From: Aulosira sp. ZfuVER01
GTDB lineage: Bacteria; Cyanobacteriota; Cyanobacteriia; Cyanobacteriales; Nostocaceae
Direction: 5' to 3'
Assembly (NCBI GenBank): GCA_034530615.2
Contig: JAVRCV020000006.1
Location: 96,001 to 160,000, forward strand
DNA length: 64,000 bases
This document shows positions 8,875-21,100 of this stretch, piece after piece. The position numbers and the translations under genes are program-made. The notes beneath the pieces are model-generated. The model was not told where the DNA came from, did no database searches, and was given only the letters and a program-made list of their open reading frames with translations. The first letter of the stretch is position 1. The number at the start of each line of letters is the position of its first letter.

Positions 8875-10491
8875 TTACTCAGAAATATTAACCAAACTAT
8901 CAACTGGAGAAGCGGCCAATGTGGGAGCTTGAAATAGACGTGAGTAGAGACTTGATGGTTGCTGGTGAGCAACAACTGGTAGAACTTCGCGTGCATGAGC
9001 AGCTAATTCTACTGCCTTCACATCGTAAGTTTGGGTGATTAACTTTGGATAGAAGCCAATACCGATGATGGGAACCAACAGACAAGCTGTAATAAACAGT
9101 TCGCGGGGTTTAACATCAGGGATGAATTTATCGAGATGTAACTCTTCGCTTTGCTTACCGTAAAACACTTGACGCAACATCGACAGTAAGTAAATCGGAG
9201 TCAAAATTACACCCACTGCTGAGAGTAGTACAACTACAATCTTGAAGCTAGAACTGTAAACATCACTGCTAGCGATACCCAAGAACACCATCAATTCACC
9301 AACAAAGCCACTCATTCCTGGTAAAGCTAGAGAAGCCATTGAACCGGCTGTAAACAGCGCGAAGGTGCGGGGCATTACCTTACCCATACCGCCCATCTTA
9401 TCCATCATCAAGGTGTGGGTACGTTCGTAAGTCACACCAGACAAGAAGAACAAGCTAGCAGCAATTAAACCGTGAGAAACCATCTGGAGGACAGCGCCGC
9501 TAAGTCCAATTTCTGTGTAAGACGCAATCCCAATCAACACAAACCCCATGTGGGCAATTGAAGAGTAAGCCAAACGACGTTTGAGGTTTGTTTGAGCAAA
9601 GGCGCAACAAGCACCGTAGACAATATTCACTACACCCAAGATTGCCAACACAGGGGCAAAGGTAACATGGGCATTAGGTAACATTTCAATGTTGAAACGG
9701 ATTAGTGCATAACCACCCATTTTCAGCAACACACCAGCCAAAATCATGGAACCAGGTGCAGATGCTTCACCGTGGGCATCAGGTAGCCAAGTATGTAGAG
9801 GGAAGATTGGCAATTTAACGCCAAAGGCAATTAAGAATCCGGCGTAAACTAATAATTCAAATGCTTTGGGATAATTCTTCATTCCTAGAGTCGCCATGTC
9901 GAAGCTGACGGTATCTCCAGAGAATGCCATTGCAAAACCAGCTACCAGAATAAATATTGATGCGGCAGCAGTATAGATAATAAACTTAGTTGCAGCGTAG
10001 CGGCGGTTTTGTCCACCCCAAATCGAAATCAGCAAGTACACAGGTACTAACTCGATTTCCCACATTAAGAAGAACAATAGTAGATCCTGGGCCATAAACA
10101 CGCCAAGCTGGGCGCTGTACATCACCAGCATCAATCCATAAAATAAACGCGGCTTGTTGGTTACTTTCCAAGCCGCGAATATTGCTAGGGTGTTAATTAA
10201 GCCGGTCAGTAACACTAGAGGCATTGATAAACCATCAACTGCTACAGACCAATTCAAACCTAACTGTGGTACCCAAGAATATTTTTCTACAAGTTGGAAG
10301 GTTGAATTGTGGAAGTCGTAGTTATGCCAAAAGGCATAAATCATTAGGGCAAAGTCTGCTATTGCTACTCCCAAACCATACCAGCGAACGGTTTTACCTT
10401 CTTTGTCGGGAATCAGCGGGATGGCTAGAGATGCCATCAGCGGCAAGAGAATTATGGCCGTTAGCCAAGGAACTTCAATAGTGTTCATCAC
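8875..10491 (-). CDS. ndhD: NAD(P)H-quinone oxidoreductase subunit 4 (NdhD1/D2 type)
   Basis: [41 protein letters not shown] and AYSSIAHMG motifs. Confidence 0.95.
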   Translation of the reverse strand: MMNTIEVPWLTAIILLPLMASLAIPLIPDKEGKTVRWYGLGVAIADFALMIYAFWHNYDFHNSTFQLVEKYSWVPQLGLNWSVAVDGLSMPLVLLTGLINTLAIFAAWKVTNKPRLFYGLMLVMYSAQLGVFMAQDLLLFFLMWEIELVPVYLLISIWGGQNRRYAATKFIIYTAAASIFILVAGFAMAFSGDTVSFDMATLGMKNYPKAFELLVYAGFLIAFGVKLPIFPLHTWLPDAHGEASAPGSMILAGVLLKMGGYALIRFNIEMLPNAHVTFAPVLAILGVVNIVYGACCAFAQTNLKRRLAYSSIAHMGFVLIGIASYTEIGLSGAVLQMVSHGLIAASLFFLSGVTYERTHTLMMDKMGGMGKVMPRTFALFTAGSMASLALPGMSGFVGELMVFLGIASSDVYSSSFKIVVVLLSAVGVILTPIYLLSMLRQVFYGKQSEELHLDKFIPDVKPRELFITACLLVPIIGIGFYPKLITQTYDVKAVELAAHAREVLPVVAHQQPSSLYSRLFQAPTLAASPVDSLVNISE

Positions 10492-10824
10492 TTTGTTACG
10501 AACTGTTTACAATCTGCTTTTAATTGCAGTATATTAACGAATTTGTACTTTTGTAAACGTAATTTATCCCTAGGATGGCAAATCTTAAGATTTAGATAGT
10601 GATAAATACTCATCATTTTTACCGTCCACAATTCTAATTGTAAAGTTTTGCAACGTCAATGTGGGTTGAATATTTCTTTTGGTCTGAGATAAAAATCTCG
10701 GTTAAGCTCTATAAGCCAATAAAAAAGGCGGCTAATGCCACCAATTGACGCTAAATTTTTTCTGCAAGAATTTGGGTATTATGTGTGGTGAGTGCTTACT
10801 CGCAATATTATTAAGGGGATAAAA

Positions 10825-11050
10825 GCAGAGGGCAGTGGTTCGACTTCACGGCAGTTGAGCGTAGTCGAAACTCAACAACGGGGCAATGGCAGAAGGAAAG
10901 AATTTACTGATTAAATCTCCCGCTTCGTTGTTATCCCACCAGAGAATCAATTCTCTGGCTAATAGGTCAACTCTACTAAAGTAGACTAAGCCGCATATTT
11001 CAGTCCACTTGAGTGGACTTAAGCTATTAGCCCTGCACTTCAGTTTAGGG
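10825..11050. repeat. Cluster of short palindromic dispersed repeats
   Basis: Several IRs: GTTGAG..CTCAAC, CAGAGAAT..ATTCTCTG, TCTACTAAAGTAGA, AGTCCACTTGAGTGGACT. Confidence 0.45.
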
Positions 11051-11096
11051 AAGGATAATTGGCAGCACGATATTTTGACTATTAGAAAAATGCAGG

Positions 11097-11606
11097 TTAA
11101 ACGATGCGATTGACAATTGTCCATACATCCCCATCCGATCGCACATGGGGAACGGAGATAGTCTTGAACCCGGTAATGAAAGGCTTGTAATAAACTTGCC
11201 AATAGAGGGGACTTAACTCATCGGCGCAAGACTTCAGCAGGCGGATTTCGGTTGCAAGTTCTCCAGCTAGTTGATTAATGCGTTGAGCATGAATCTGAGC
11301 CGCGCTTCTAGCTTCTTCTAGCTGCTGCTGTAGGGTAAGTTGTTTGGATTCAATTTGCCAACGTGCTAACTCAGCTTGTTTTTGTTGTAGTTGAACTTCT
11401 AAAGCCGCGATCGCATCATCAATTCCTTTGAGTTCTACAGCTAATTGGGGATTTTCCCTAGCAAAGCGACGGTAAGCTTCAGCTATGGCGATGGGTGAAT
11501 CATTCTGACTCGACACTACATTATTAATATTGAGAGCAGCACGTTCTTGCTTGAGAGCCTGAACTTGTTGGCGAAGCGCTGCTATTTCTGCTTGAATCTG
11601 CTGCAT
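11097..11606 (-). CDS. Hypothetical coiled-coil protein, probably co-transcribed with thrB
   Basis: 169-aa Q/E/L-rich ORF starting 9 nt after the thrB stop. Confidence 0.75.
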   Translation of the reverse strand: MQQIQAEIAALRQQVQALKQERAALNINNVVSSQNDSPIAIAEAYRRFARENPQLAVELKGIDDAIAALEVQLQQKQAELARWQIESKQLTLQQQLEEARSAAQIHAQRINQLAGELATEIRLLKSCADELSPLYWQVYYKPFITGFKTISVPHVRSDGDVWTIVNRIV

Positions 11607-11615
11607 AATTCCTGT

Positions 11616-12539
11616 TTATCCTTGTTTGGTGCTTCTTGCGCCTTGGTTATCCAGAGAAAGCGATCGCACAACAGCTGTAATTCCTTCTTCTTGCCAAGCA
11701 GTTCGCATCGCCGCTTCTACAGATTGGGAATGTTCTACATCCGCTAAAGCCAACAGTGTCGGCCCTGCGCCACTAATTACCATGCCATAAGCACCAGCTG
11801 CCACAGCCGCCATATTCACGGCATCGTAACCAGAAATCAAAGCTTTGCGATAGGGCTGATGTAACTTATCTTGTAAAGCTGTCTTTAACCATTCTCCCTT
11901 ACCAGTTGCCAAGCCCCGCAACAATAAACCCAAGTGAGCAGTATTGAAAATTGCATCAGTACGACTTACCTCAGTTGGGAGAACTCGCCGCGCCTCTGCC
12001 GTTGAAAGTTCAAAATCAGGAATCGCTACCACTGGGACAACATTTTCCTGCCAAGGTACATCACAAATTTCCCAACCTGCGCCACTGCTAGCCGCCAGAC
12101 GACATCCGCCTAATAAAGCGGGAACGACATTATCAGGATGTCCTTCCATTGAGATCGCTAATTCCATCACTTGCAACTGCGAGAGAGGTTCTCCAGCCAG
12201 TTGATTAGCCGCAACTAATCCACCCACAATTGCTGTAGCTGAACTCCCCAAACCCCTCGCCAATGGCACACCTAGCTGAATCTCAATTTTTACGCTTGGT
12301 GGTACCTGCTCTATATATTGATAGAGCTTCACAAACGCCTGATAGAGTAGATTGCTCTCATCAGTTTGTACCCCTTCAGCTTCTTCACCTGTGACATGAA
12401 TAATTAACCCGCCTTCATCTAAGCGAGTAAACTGAAACTTGTTGTATAGCGTTAAAGCTGCACCGATGCAGTCAAAACCAGGCCCCAAATTAGCAGTGGT
12501 GGCGGGAACAGTAACAGTTACACCAGAAACAACAGACAT
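11616..12539 (-). CDS. thrB: Homoserine kinase
   Basis: VPATTANLGPGFDC, PLARGLGSSA, EGHPDNV and ISGAGPT motifs. Confidence 0.97.
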   Translation of the reverse strand: MSVVSGVTVTVPATTANLGPGFDCIGAALTLYNKFQFTRLDEGGLIIHVTGEEAEGVQTDESNLLYQAFVKLYQYIEQVPPSVKIEIQLGVPLARGLGSSATAIVGGLVAANQLAGEPLSQLQVMELAISMEGHPDNVVPALLGGCRLAASSGAGWEICDVPWQENVVPVVAIPDFELSTAEARRVLPTEVSRTDAIFNTAHLGLLLRGLATGKGEWLKTALQDKLHQPYRKALISGYDAVNMAAVAAGAYGMVISGAGPTLLALADVEHSQSVEAAMRTAWQEEGITAVVRSLSLDNQGARSTKQG

Positions 12540-12644
12540 CTGCAAATCTCACTAATCAATCAACCAGCATCCCATGTAAATGTCATTTTTTGCCATTGCT
12601 CATTTGTTATTTCTCCCTGATTGGCACAATATTTTAAGTTTTGC

Positions 12645-12945
12645 GTTGGGGATGCGTAGGCGTAGCCCGTCGTAGCAGCGGCTTCCGCTGATCTGTTAGG
12701 GCAGCGTAAAGCCTACGGCATAGCTACTCTTCCAAAACGCCTTTGACGAACGCTTAGAGCAACGCAGGAGCGTCACTTTTCAAGACAGCCATTCACGCCA
12801 GGTTTTGGCACAACCAAGGATGAAAATATTAATCCTTCCTTCTGCCCTTCGGGTGAGGCTCCTTCGTCGCTAACGCCAGTCGCTCATGGGGGTTTCCCCC
12901 ATGACCGCGCTGGCTCACCTCCTGCCTTCTGCCTCCTGCCTTATT
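12645..12945. repeat. Composite of Nostoc-type short dispersed repeats and STRR units
   Basis: GC-rich intergenic patch with ACGCCAGTCGCTCATGGGGGTTTCCCCCATGACCGCGCTGGC hairpin flanked by CTGCCTT/CTGCCTC heptamers. Confidence 0.6.
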
Positions 12946-12983
12946 TTCAAGCTAGACATCGCATCTTCCCCTGATGCAAAATT

Positions 12984-14801
12984 CTACTGTGCTTTCCTAA
13001 ACCACTCGCTAATTCCATCAGCTAGCACTTTTGCCATTTTCTTCTGTTGTTCTGGGTTCACTACCTGCTCAAATTCTTTAGGATTACTCATAAAACCTAA
13101 TTCCAGCAACACCGATGGTGCAGCAGTGGGACGTGTCAGCGCTAGGTTATCCCAAAATACACCATAGGAAGGTCTGCCTAGGTTTTTGACCACATAGTTG
13201 TGCAAAAATAATGCTAGGCTGTGGGCTTGGGTGTTATACCAAAAAGCTGCAAATCCCTTGATTCTTTCCGCATCACCATCATCGGGTAGGGAGTTGTGAT
13301 GAATAGAAAGCGCGATCGCAGGTTCTTCTTTACTAATAATTGCCTGCCGTTCTACTAAGGATACATCTTTATCATCTTCCCGGGTTAATACCACCGTTGC
13401 CCCACGTTTCACCAACTCATCCCGCAGCAACTTAGATACGACCAAGTTGACATCTTTTTCTAAATAGCCAGTTGGGCCACTGGCACCTGATTCTTTACCC
13501 CCATGTCCGGGATCTAGTAAAATCCTGATACCGGATAAAGGTTTGCGTGTTTTGTCTTTGATTGCAGGCGGATGACGCAAAGCTAAGACCAGGCTCGTAC
13601 CTTCGTATCTCAGCTGATATCCCCACTGTTGAGATTTTTTGAGATTAAAGGTGTATTTAACCTGTCCGGGAGCCACTTGTTGCCAATCTAGGCGAGAAAT
13701 TAGGGGACTATCATCCGTGCGAACAATATCTGTTTGGGCGGTGGTGTTGTAAAGTGTGAGGCTGAAAGAATTAGTGCTTTGTTGTACGCTTACAGGAACG
13801 GGAACTTCTAGCGGGAAAACAATCTCTGTGGCGCTAGGAAGTTGTCGATAACCGACACTGCGGATGATTGTGCGTGGTGAAATAGCATCTGGTAAAATTT
13901 GGGTTTCTTTACTATTAATCCAAGCACCATAATCTAGACGTAACCATTCACCTTCTTTCCCTGTGACTGTGGCTCTGGTTCCTTTGGGTAGTGGTGTGAG
14001 TCGAGAATGGTCAGTACTTGGGCCAGTGCGAGCAACGCCTGAGTCTGCTGTTACTTCTACAACTGGTAAATTTGCAGGTCTAAGAATTTGGATTTTGCCA
14101 GTACCAGACTGAGTTACAGTCTGACCATTAAGTGTCAGTCTAAATTCTGGTATACCCAAATCAATATTTTTGCCGGAATCTGGAGTGACAGCACCGGAAA
14201 TTATATTGGTACTGTTAGTTGAAGAATCAGGCTGTTGTGCTACGGTGCAACCCTCATACCTTCCTGCGATAGACTGGTTAGCAGGTTGATTTTTTCCCGT
14301 TAAGGCTGCCAAATTACTTGGTAGTTGTGCCTTGATGGGTTGGGGTGCAAGAGCAATAGTTTGATTAGCCAGGTTAACAGCAACACTGGCGTTAGAGGGT
14401 GCGATCGCGCTAAAACAAATCAATTCCCCTGGTAGTCTGGCAATGTCAGCTGCTGGCGTAAGAGAATCTTTGGCAAAGGCTAAACCTTTTGGTAGCTGAG
14501 TCTGAGTGGTAAGTCTTGTCACCTTAATCTGAAGTTCTTGATTTTGGTGGCGCACAGTAAACAAATTATCTCCCAATTGCAAGGGAAAACTTGGCGCAAA
14601 ATGACCAGCCTTGCTGCGGGTAACTGGCTTACCATTAACTAACACCTGACCATCTGATGGTGCAGTACCCAGAAAAAAGATTTTTTCCGCACTTGTTTGG
14701 TAGTTTGTCTTGGGAAAAACAACTACAAGAGATGAATCTGCCAATGCTACTGAGGAGGTGACAACAAGGCTTAATAATACTAGTCCTATGAGTTTTTTCA
14801 C
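12984..14801 (-). CDS. N-acetylmuramoyl-L-alanine amidase (SH3-like plus Amidase_3)
   Basis: Signal peptide; ARTGPS SH3b-like segment; LDPGHGGKE, EKDVNL, SIHHN and LLELGFMSN motifs. Confidence 0.92.
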   Translation of the reverse strand: MKKLIGLVLLSLVVTSSVALADSSLVVVFPKTNYQTSAEKIFFLGTAPSDGQVLVNGKPVTRSKAGHFAPSFPLQLGDNLFTVRHQNQELQIKVTRLTTQTQLPKGLAFAKDSLTPAADIARLPGELICFSAIAPSNASVAVNLANQTIALAPQPIKAQLPSNLAALTGKNQPANQSIAGRYEGCTVAQQPDSSTNSTNIISGAVTPDSGKNIDLGIPEFRLTLNGQTVTQSGTGKIQILRPANLPVVEVTADSGVARTGPSTDHSRLTPLPKGTRATVTGKEGEWLRLDYGAWINSKETQILPDAISPRTIIRSVGYRQLPSATEIVFPLEVPVPVSVQQSTNSFSLTLYNTTAQTDIVRTDDSPLISRLDWQQVAPGQVKYTFNLKKSQQWGYQLRYEGTSLVLALRHPPAIKDKTRKPLSGIRILLDPGHGGKESGASGPTGYLEKDVNLVVSKLLRDELVKRGATVVLTREDDKDVSLVERQAIISKEEPAIALSIHHNSLPDDGDAERIKGFAAFWYNTQAHSLALFLHNYVVKNLGRPSYGVFWDNLALTRPTAAPSVLLELGFMSNPKEFEQVVNPEQQKKMAKVLADGISEWFRKAQ

Positions 14802-14982
14802 AGCGAGATCACAGAAGATTTCACATTAGTTACTGTGGCACAATGACCAAGAAAGGATGAAGGCTAAAGGCTAAAGGATGAAGGTTAAAGAATCTTTGCC
14901 CTTGATATTCCCACAGGGTAGGTTTAAATTTCATACTTTATACTTCATACTTCATATTTCAGATGACGGGATGTATTTTTAG

Positions 14983-16629
<1,647 letters not shown>

Positions 16630-16640
16630 CACCACAGTGA

Positions 16641-16675
16641 ATTCAAAATTCAAAATTCAAAATTCAAAATTCAAA
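16641..16675. repeat. STRR heptamer array (ATTCAAA)x5
   Basis: Five perfect tandem copies just after pyrG. Confidence 0.9.
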
Positions 16676-17002
16676 ATGAATAAAGCGTAAGCGTTTCGTT
16701 GAATTTGGAATGGATGGTTTCTTGACGCTGTGCTTTACCAACATCGTTTTACTTAACTGAAAAGTGACAAAGCCAAGCGTTTGGGCATTTTGTCTATCCT
16801 ATAGACCGATGACTGCTACTCTACTTTGTAAGAATGGCTGACACTGAACTCATAAGGTATGGCATCTTTATTCCCACCGTGCTGTACTAGTGTAAGCTGA
16901 CAACAGTAATTTAAAATTCACAGTTAACAGTAGCTTTTTTGTGCTTTAAATTGTGAATTTTTATAAAGGAACAGTGACATCACGGGGACTTGAGGAGATT
17001 TT

Positions 17003-17425
17003 GTGGCGTACTGGGTGAAAATCCTTTACGAGAGGAAAAAATACGTAGTCAATTTCGACCGTATTAATGCCTTTTGTTATGAACAAAACGGCAGAGTAAC
17101 CTTTTGGCTACCCGATTCTGCTATTCCAATTGTGATTAACCCACAAAGTAACCCGCAAGATTATCAAAAAATTTTGAAATACATAGAACGTGTGACAGGT
17201 TTGGAACTAGATGATGCCTATTGGGTGAAAATTATTTATGAAAACAACGAATATGTAATTAACCTGACTTGCATCAGTTCCTTTTGCCAAGAATCTAACG
17301 GCAGGATAACTTTTTGGTTACCTGATGGTACTATTCCCATCGTCATCAATCCTGTAAGTAATCCAGAGTCTTATCAAAAAGTTTTGCAATATGTCCAAAA
17401 AGCGACAGGGTATTCGTTGTCTTAA
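17003..17425 (+). CDS. Hypothetical protein made of two ~70-aa internal repeats
   Basis: AYWVKI.YE...YV.N...I..FC...NGR.TFWLPD..IPIVINP.SNP..YQK occurs twice; SD GAGGAG before the GTG start. Confidence 0.85.
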   Translation: MAYWVKILYERKKYVVNFDRINAFCYEQNGRVTFWLPDSAIPIVINPQSNPQDYQKILKYIERVTGLELDDAYWVKIIYENNEYVINLTCISSFCQESNGRITFWLPDGTIPIVINPVSNPESYQKVLQYVQKATGYSLS

Positions 17426-17521
17426 ATGGTAAGGCAGGAGGTAGAGGGCAGAGGGATTAGGGGGACGCGGAGAATGACAAAGGACAAATGCCTGATGCCC
17501 CATGCCCAATACCTATTAATT

Positions 17522-17920
17522 CTAGGTGCTTGGAGTATTGCTGTTGTGGGTTGATTCTTTTGCACCAGCTTTTAAACGGCTAGCAATGCTTTTGCGGATG
17601 CGATCGCCTTTACGCACACCACCTGCCATCTCATATTCGTAGCTGTCTTTGCCGTATTTCACAGCAACTCCCAGTAGCATGTAAGTAGAGAGATCGCCCA
17701 AGGTTTTCTCTAATTCTTTAATCTCGCTTTTGTAAGCCTCAACCACGCACACAGCAGTATTATAAGACTGGATTTTACTGCGCAATTTTTCGATTATTTG
17801 TATCATATTTTCCAAGTTCCGATTATTCCCAAAATCTATGTTGGGATCAATCGCCTGGAGTCCGTAGGTTCTTAATACAGCTTTTTCTAAAACACGTGAT
17901 TTCTGTTTTTGACGAGGCAT
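17522..17920 (-). CDS. Hypothetical protein (YGKDS.EYEMAGG.RK family)
   Basis: 132-aa ORF with SD AAGGG and a central coiled coil; resembles a recurrent uncharacterised cyanobacterial family. Confidence 0.75.
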   Translation of the reverse strand: MPRQKQKSRVLEKAVLRTYGLQAIDPNIDFGNNRNLENMIQIIEKLRSKIQSYNTAVCVVEAYKSEIKELEKTLGDLSTYMLLGVAVKYGKDSYEYEMAGGVRKGDRIRKSIASRLKAGAKESTHNSNTPST

Positions 17921-18194
17921 GGGTGTATCCCTTGTATAGTATTTTAAAGCTAGCTTGCCTTAGCGAAGGTGCATTTCGGTTCAGCAATATTCGCAAATAA
18001 TTGCAATTTTTATAAAAATTAATTTAAGTCATTTTACGAATGTCAATTTAAGTTGGGGGTGCGAAGTAACAACAAAACTTGTTGTCCTAACGACAGAGGT
18101 TACGGAAGTAACGACAGCTTCTTTATAAGCGCGATCGCACTTTGCCGGAAACTATAAATACTGCGTCCCTTTATCTTCTCGTCCCCATGTCTTC

Positions 18195-21100
18195 TTACCG
18201 CCACCATCGCCCTACATCCACAACCCCATGCGCAATTTCTGCCATTGTCGCTTCACCACCCAACGCAAAGATAACTGGAAACAACGCCTTGATATCTGGT
18301 AGCAAGATAGGGCGAGTGTGAAGGGACAGCTCGTGCAGGACATCTCGCCAGAAGGGGAAAATGTCCCCAGACAGTATTTGTGAACAACCGGAAGCTAATG
18401 CTATCAGGACTTGGACACGAGACTCCTCAGACTCAATTGCCCTAGCAGTGGAGAGTGCTTCTTTTAACAACTCTGGTGGTAGTTTCTCAGCTAATGCTAT
18501 CAGGAGTTCGGCGCGAGACTTCTCATGCTCAATTGCACTAGTAGTGGTGAGTGCTTCTTTTAATAACTCTGGTAGTTTCTTGGCTAATGCTATCAGGACT
18601 TGGGCACGATCGCTATCATTCTGAATTTCTCTGGCGGCGGTAAGTACTTCTTTTAACAACTCTGGTGGTAGTTTCTCGGCTAATGCACTCAGGACTTGGG
18701 CGCGATTCCACTCAGACTCAATCATCCTGGCGGTGGAGAGTACTTCTAGTAATAACTCTGGTGGTAGTTTCTCGGCTAATGCACTCAGGACTTGGGCGCG
18801 ATACTTCTCATCCTGAATTTCTCTGGCGGCGGTAAGTACTTCTTTTAACACCTCTGATGGTAGTCTCTCGCCTAATGCTATCAAGAACTCGGCGCGATAA
18901 TAATCATCCTCAATTACCTTAATGGCAGAGAGTACTTCTTTTAACAACTCTGGTAGTCTCTCGCCTAATGCTATTAAGAACTCGGTGCGATTGCCGTCGT
19001 ACTCAATTGCCTGAATGGCGGAGATTACTTCTTTTAAAAACTCTGGTCGTAGTTTCTTGGCTAATGCGATTAGGACTTGGGCGCGATAATTATCATACTC
19101 AATCGCCATAGCAGTGGTGAGTGCTTCTTTTAACAACTCTAGTGGTAATTTATCGGCTATTTCACTCAGGGCTTCGGTGCGATTCCACTCAGACTCAATC
19201 GCCTTCACGGCAGTAAGCGCCTCTGGCAATAATTCAGGTAGTTTCTCGCCCAATGCTATCAGGACTTGGGCACGATAGCTATCATTCTGAATTTCTCTGG
19301 CGGCGGTGAGTGCTTCTTTTAACAACTCTGGTGGTAGTTTCGCAGCTAATGCTATCAAGGCATTGGCGCGAGACTTATCATCCTGAATTGCCTTAGCGGC
19401 AGTGAGTGCTTCTTTTAACAACTCTGGTGGTAGTTTTGCAGCTAATGCTATCAAAGCTTTGGCGCGAGACTTATCATCCTGAATTGTCATAGCAGTGGTG
19501 AGTGCTTCTTTTAACAACTCTGGCGGTAGTTTCTCGGCTATTTCACTCAGGCTACGGCCGCGATACCACTCATCTTGAATCGCCCTAGCAGTGATGAGTG
19601 CATCTGGCATCAACTCTGGCGGTAGTTTTTCGGTTAATGCACTCAAGACATCGACGCGAGACTTCTCATCCTGAATCGTGTTCACGGCGGTGAGTACTTC
19701 TTTTAACAACTCTGGTTTTAGTTTCTCGGCTAATGCAATCAGGACATCGGCACGATACCCCTCATCCTGAATTGCCATAGCAGTGATGAGTGCTGCTTTT
19801 AACAATTCTGGTGGTAGTTTTTTGACTAATGCAATCAGGACATCGGCACGATGCCCCTCATCCTGAATTGCCATAGCAGTGGTGAGTGCTGCTTTTAACA
19901 ACTCTGGTGCTAGTTTTTTGACTAATGCTTTTAGAGCCTCGGCGCGATACCACTCATTCTGAATCGCCTGAATGGCGGAAAGTACTTCTAGCAACAACTC
20001 TGGTGGTAATTTCTCGGCTAAGGCAATCAAGGCATTGGTGCGAGACTCCTCATCTTGAATTGCCTGAATGGCGGAGAGTACTTCTAGCAACAACTCTGAT
20101 GGTAGTTTCTGGGCTAATGCTATCAAGGCATCGGCGCGAGGCTTCTCATCCTGAATCGCTCTAGCAACAGTGAGCGCTTCTGTTAACAACTGTGGTGGTA
20201 GTTTCTCGGCTAATGCACTTAGAGTAGGGGTGCGATAATACTCATTCTGGATCGATCCAGCACAGGCTAGTGCTGCTTCTAACAATTCTGGTGGTAGTTT
20301 CTTGGCTAGTGCAATTAGCGCATTGGTGCGATCGCTATCAGGGTAAATCACCGTAGCAGTGGTGAGTGCTTCTGGCCACAACTCTGGCAGCTTCTCGGCT
20401 AATGCACTCAGAGCTTTGGCTCGTTGAGCTTTAGACTCAAGTGCTCTAGCAGTGGTGAGCGCTTCTTTTAACAACTCTGGCGGTAGTTTCTCTGCTAATA
20501 CTATCAGTGCAAGGGCGCGATAGAACTCGATTTGAATCGCCGTAGCAGTGGTGAGTGTTTCTGTCCACAACTCTGGCAATTTCTCGGCTAATACAATCAG
20601 GACTTCGGCGCGATACTGCTCATCCTGAATCGCCCTAGCAGCAGTGAGTGCTTCTTTTAACAACTCTGGCGGTAGTTTCTCAACTAATTTACTCAGGGCA
20701 TTGGCGCGCTTGCCCTCATACTGAATCGCACTGACGTTGTTGAGTGTTTCTGTCCACAACTCTGGCTGTTTCTCGGCTAATGCAATTAGTGCTAGAGCGC
20801 GATCGCTATCATCCTGAATTGCCCTAGCGTCAGTGAGTGCTTCTGGACAAAACTCTGGTAGTTTCTGGATTAATGCACTCAGAGCTTTGGCTCGATACTC
20901 CTCATACTCAATCACCCTGGCAATAGAGAGTGCTTCTTTTAACAACTCTGGTGGTAGTTTCTCGGCTAATGCTATCAAGGCATCAGCGCGAACATAATCA
21001 ATCTCAATCGCCTTGGCGGCGGAGAGTGCTTCTTTTAATAACTCTGATGGTAGTTGCTTGGCTAATGCTATTAAGGCATTGGCGCGATCGCTCTCATCCG

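Noticed and set aside
10836..10880. GGTTCGA resembling a tRNA T-loop
   Set aside because: No cloverleaf can be formed; it is part of a short palindromic repeat.
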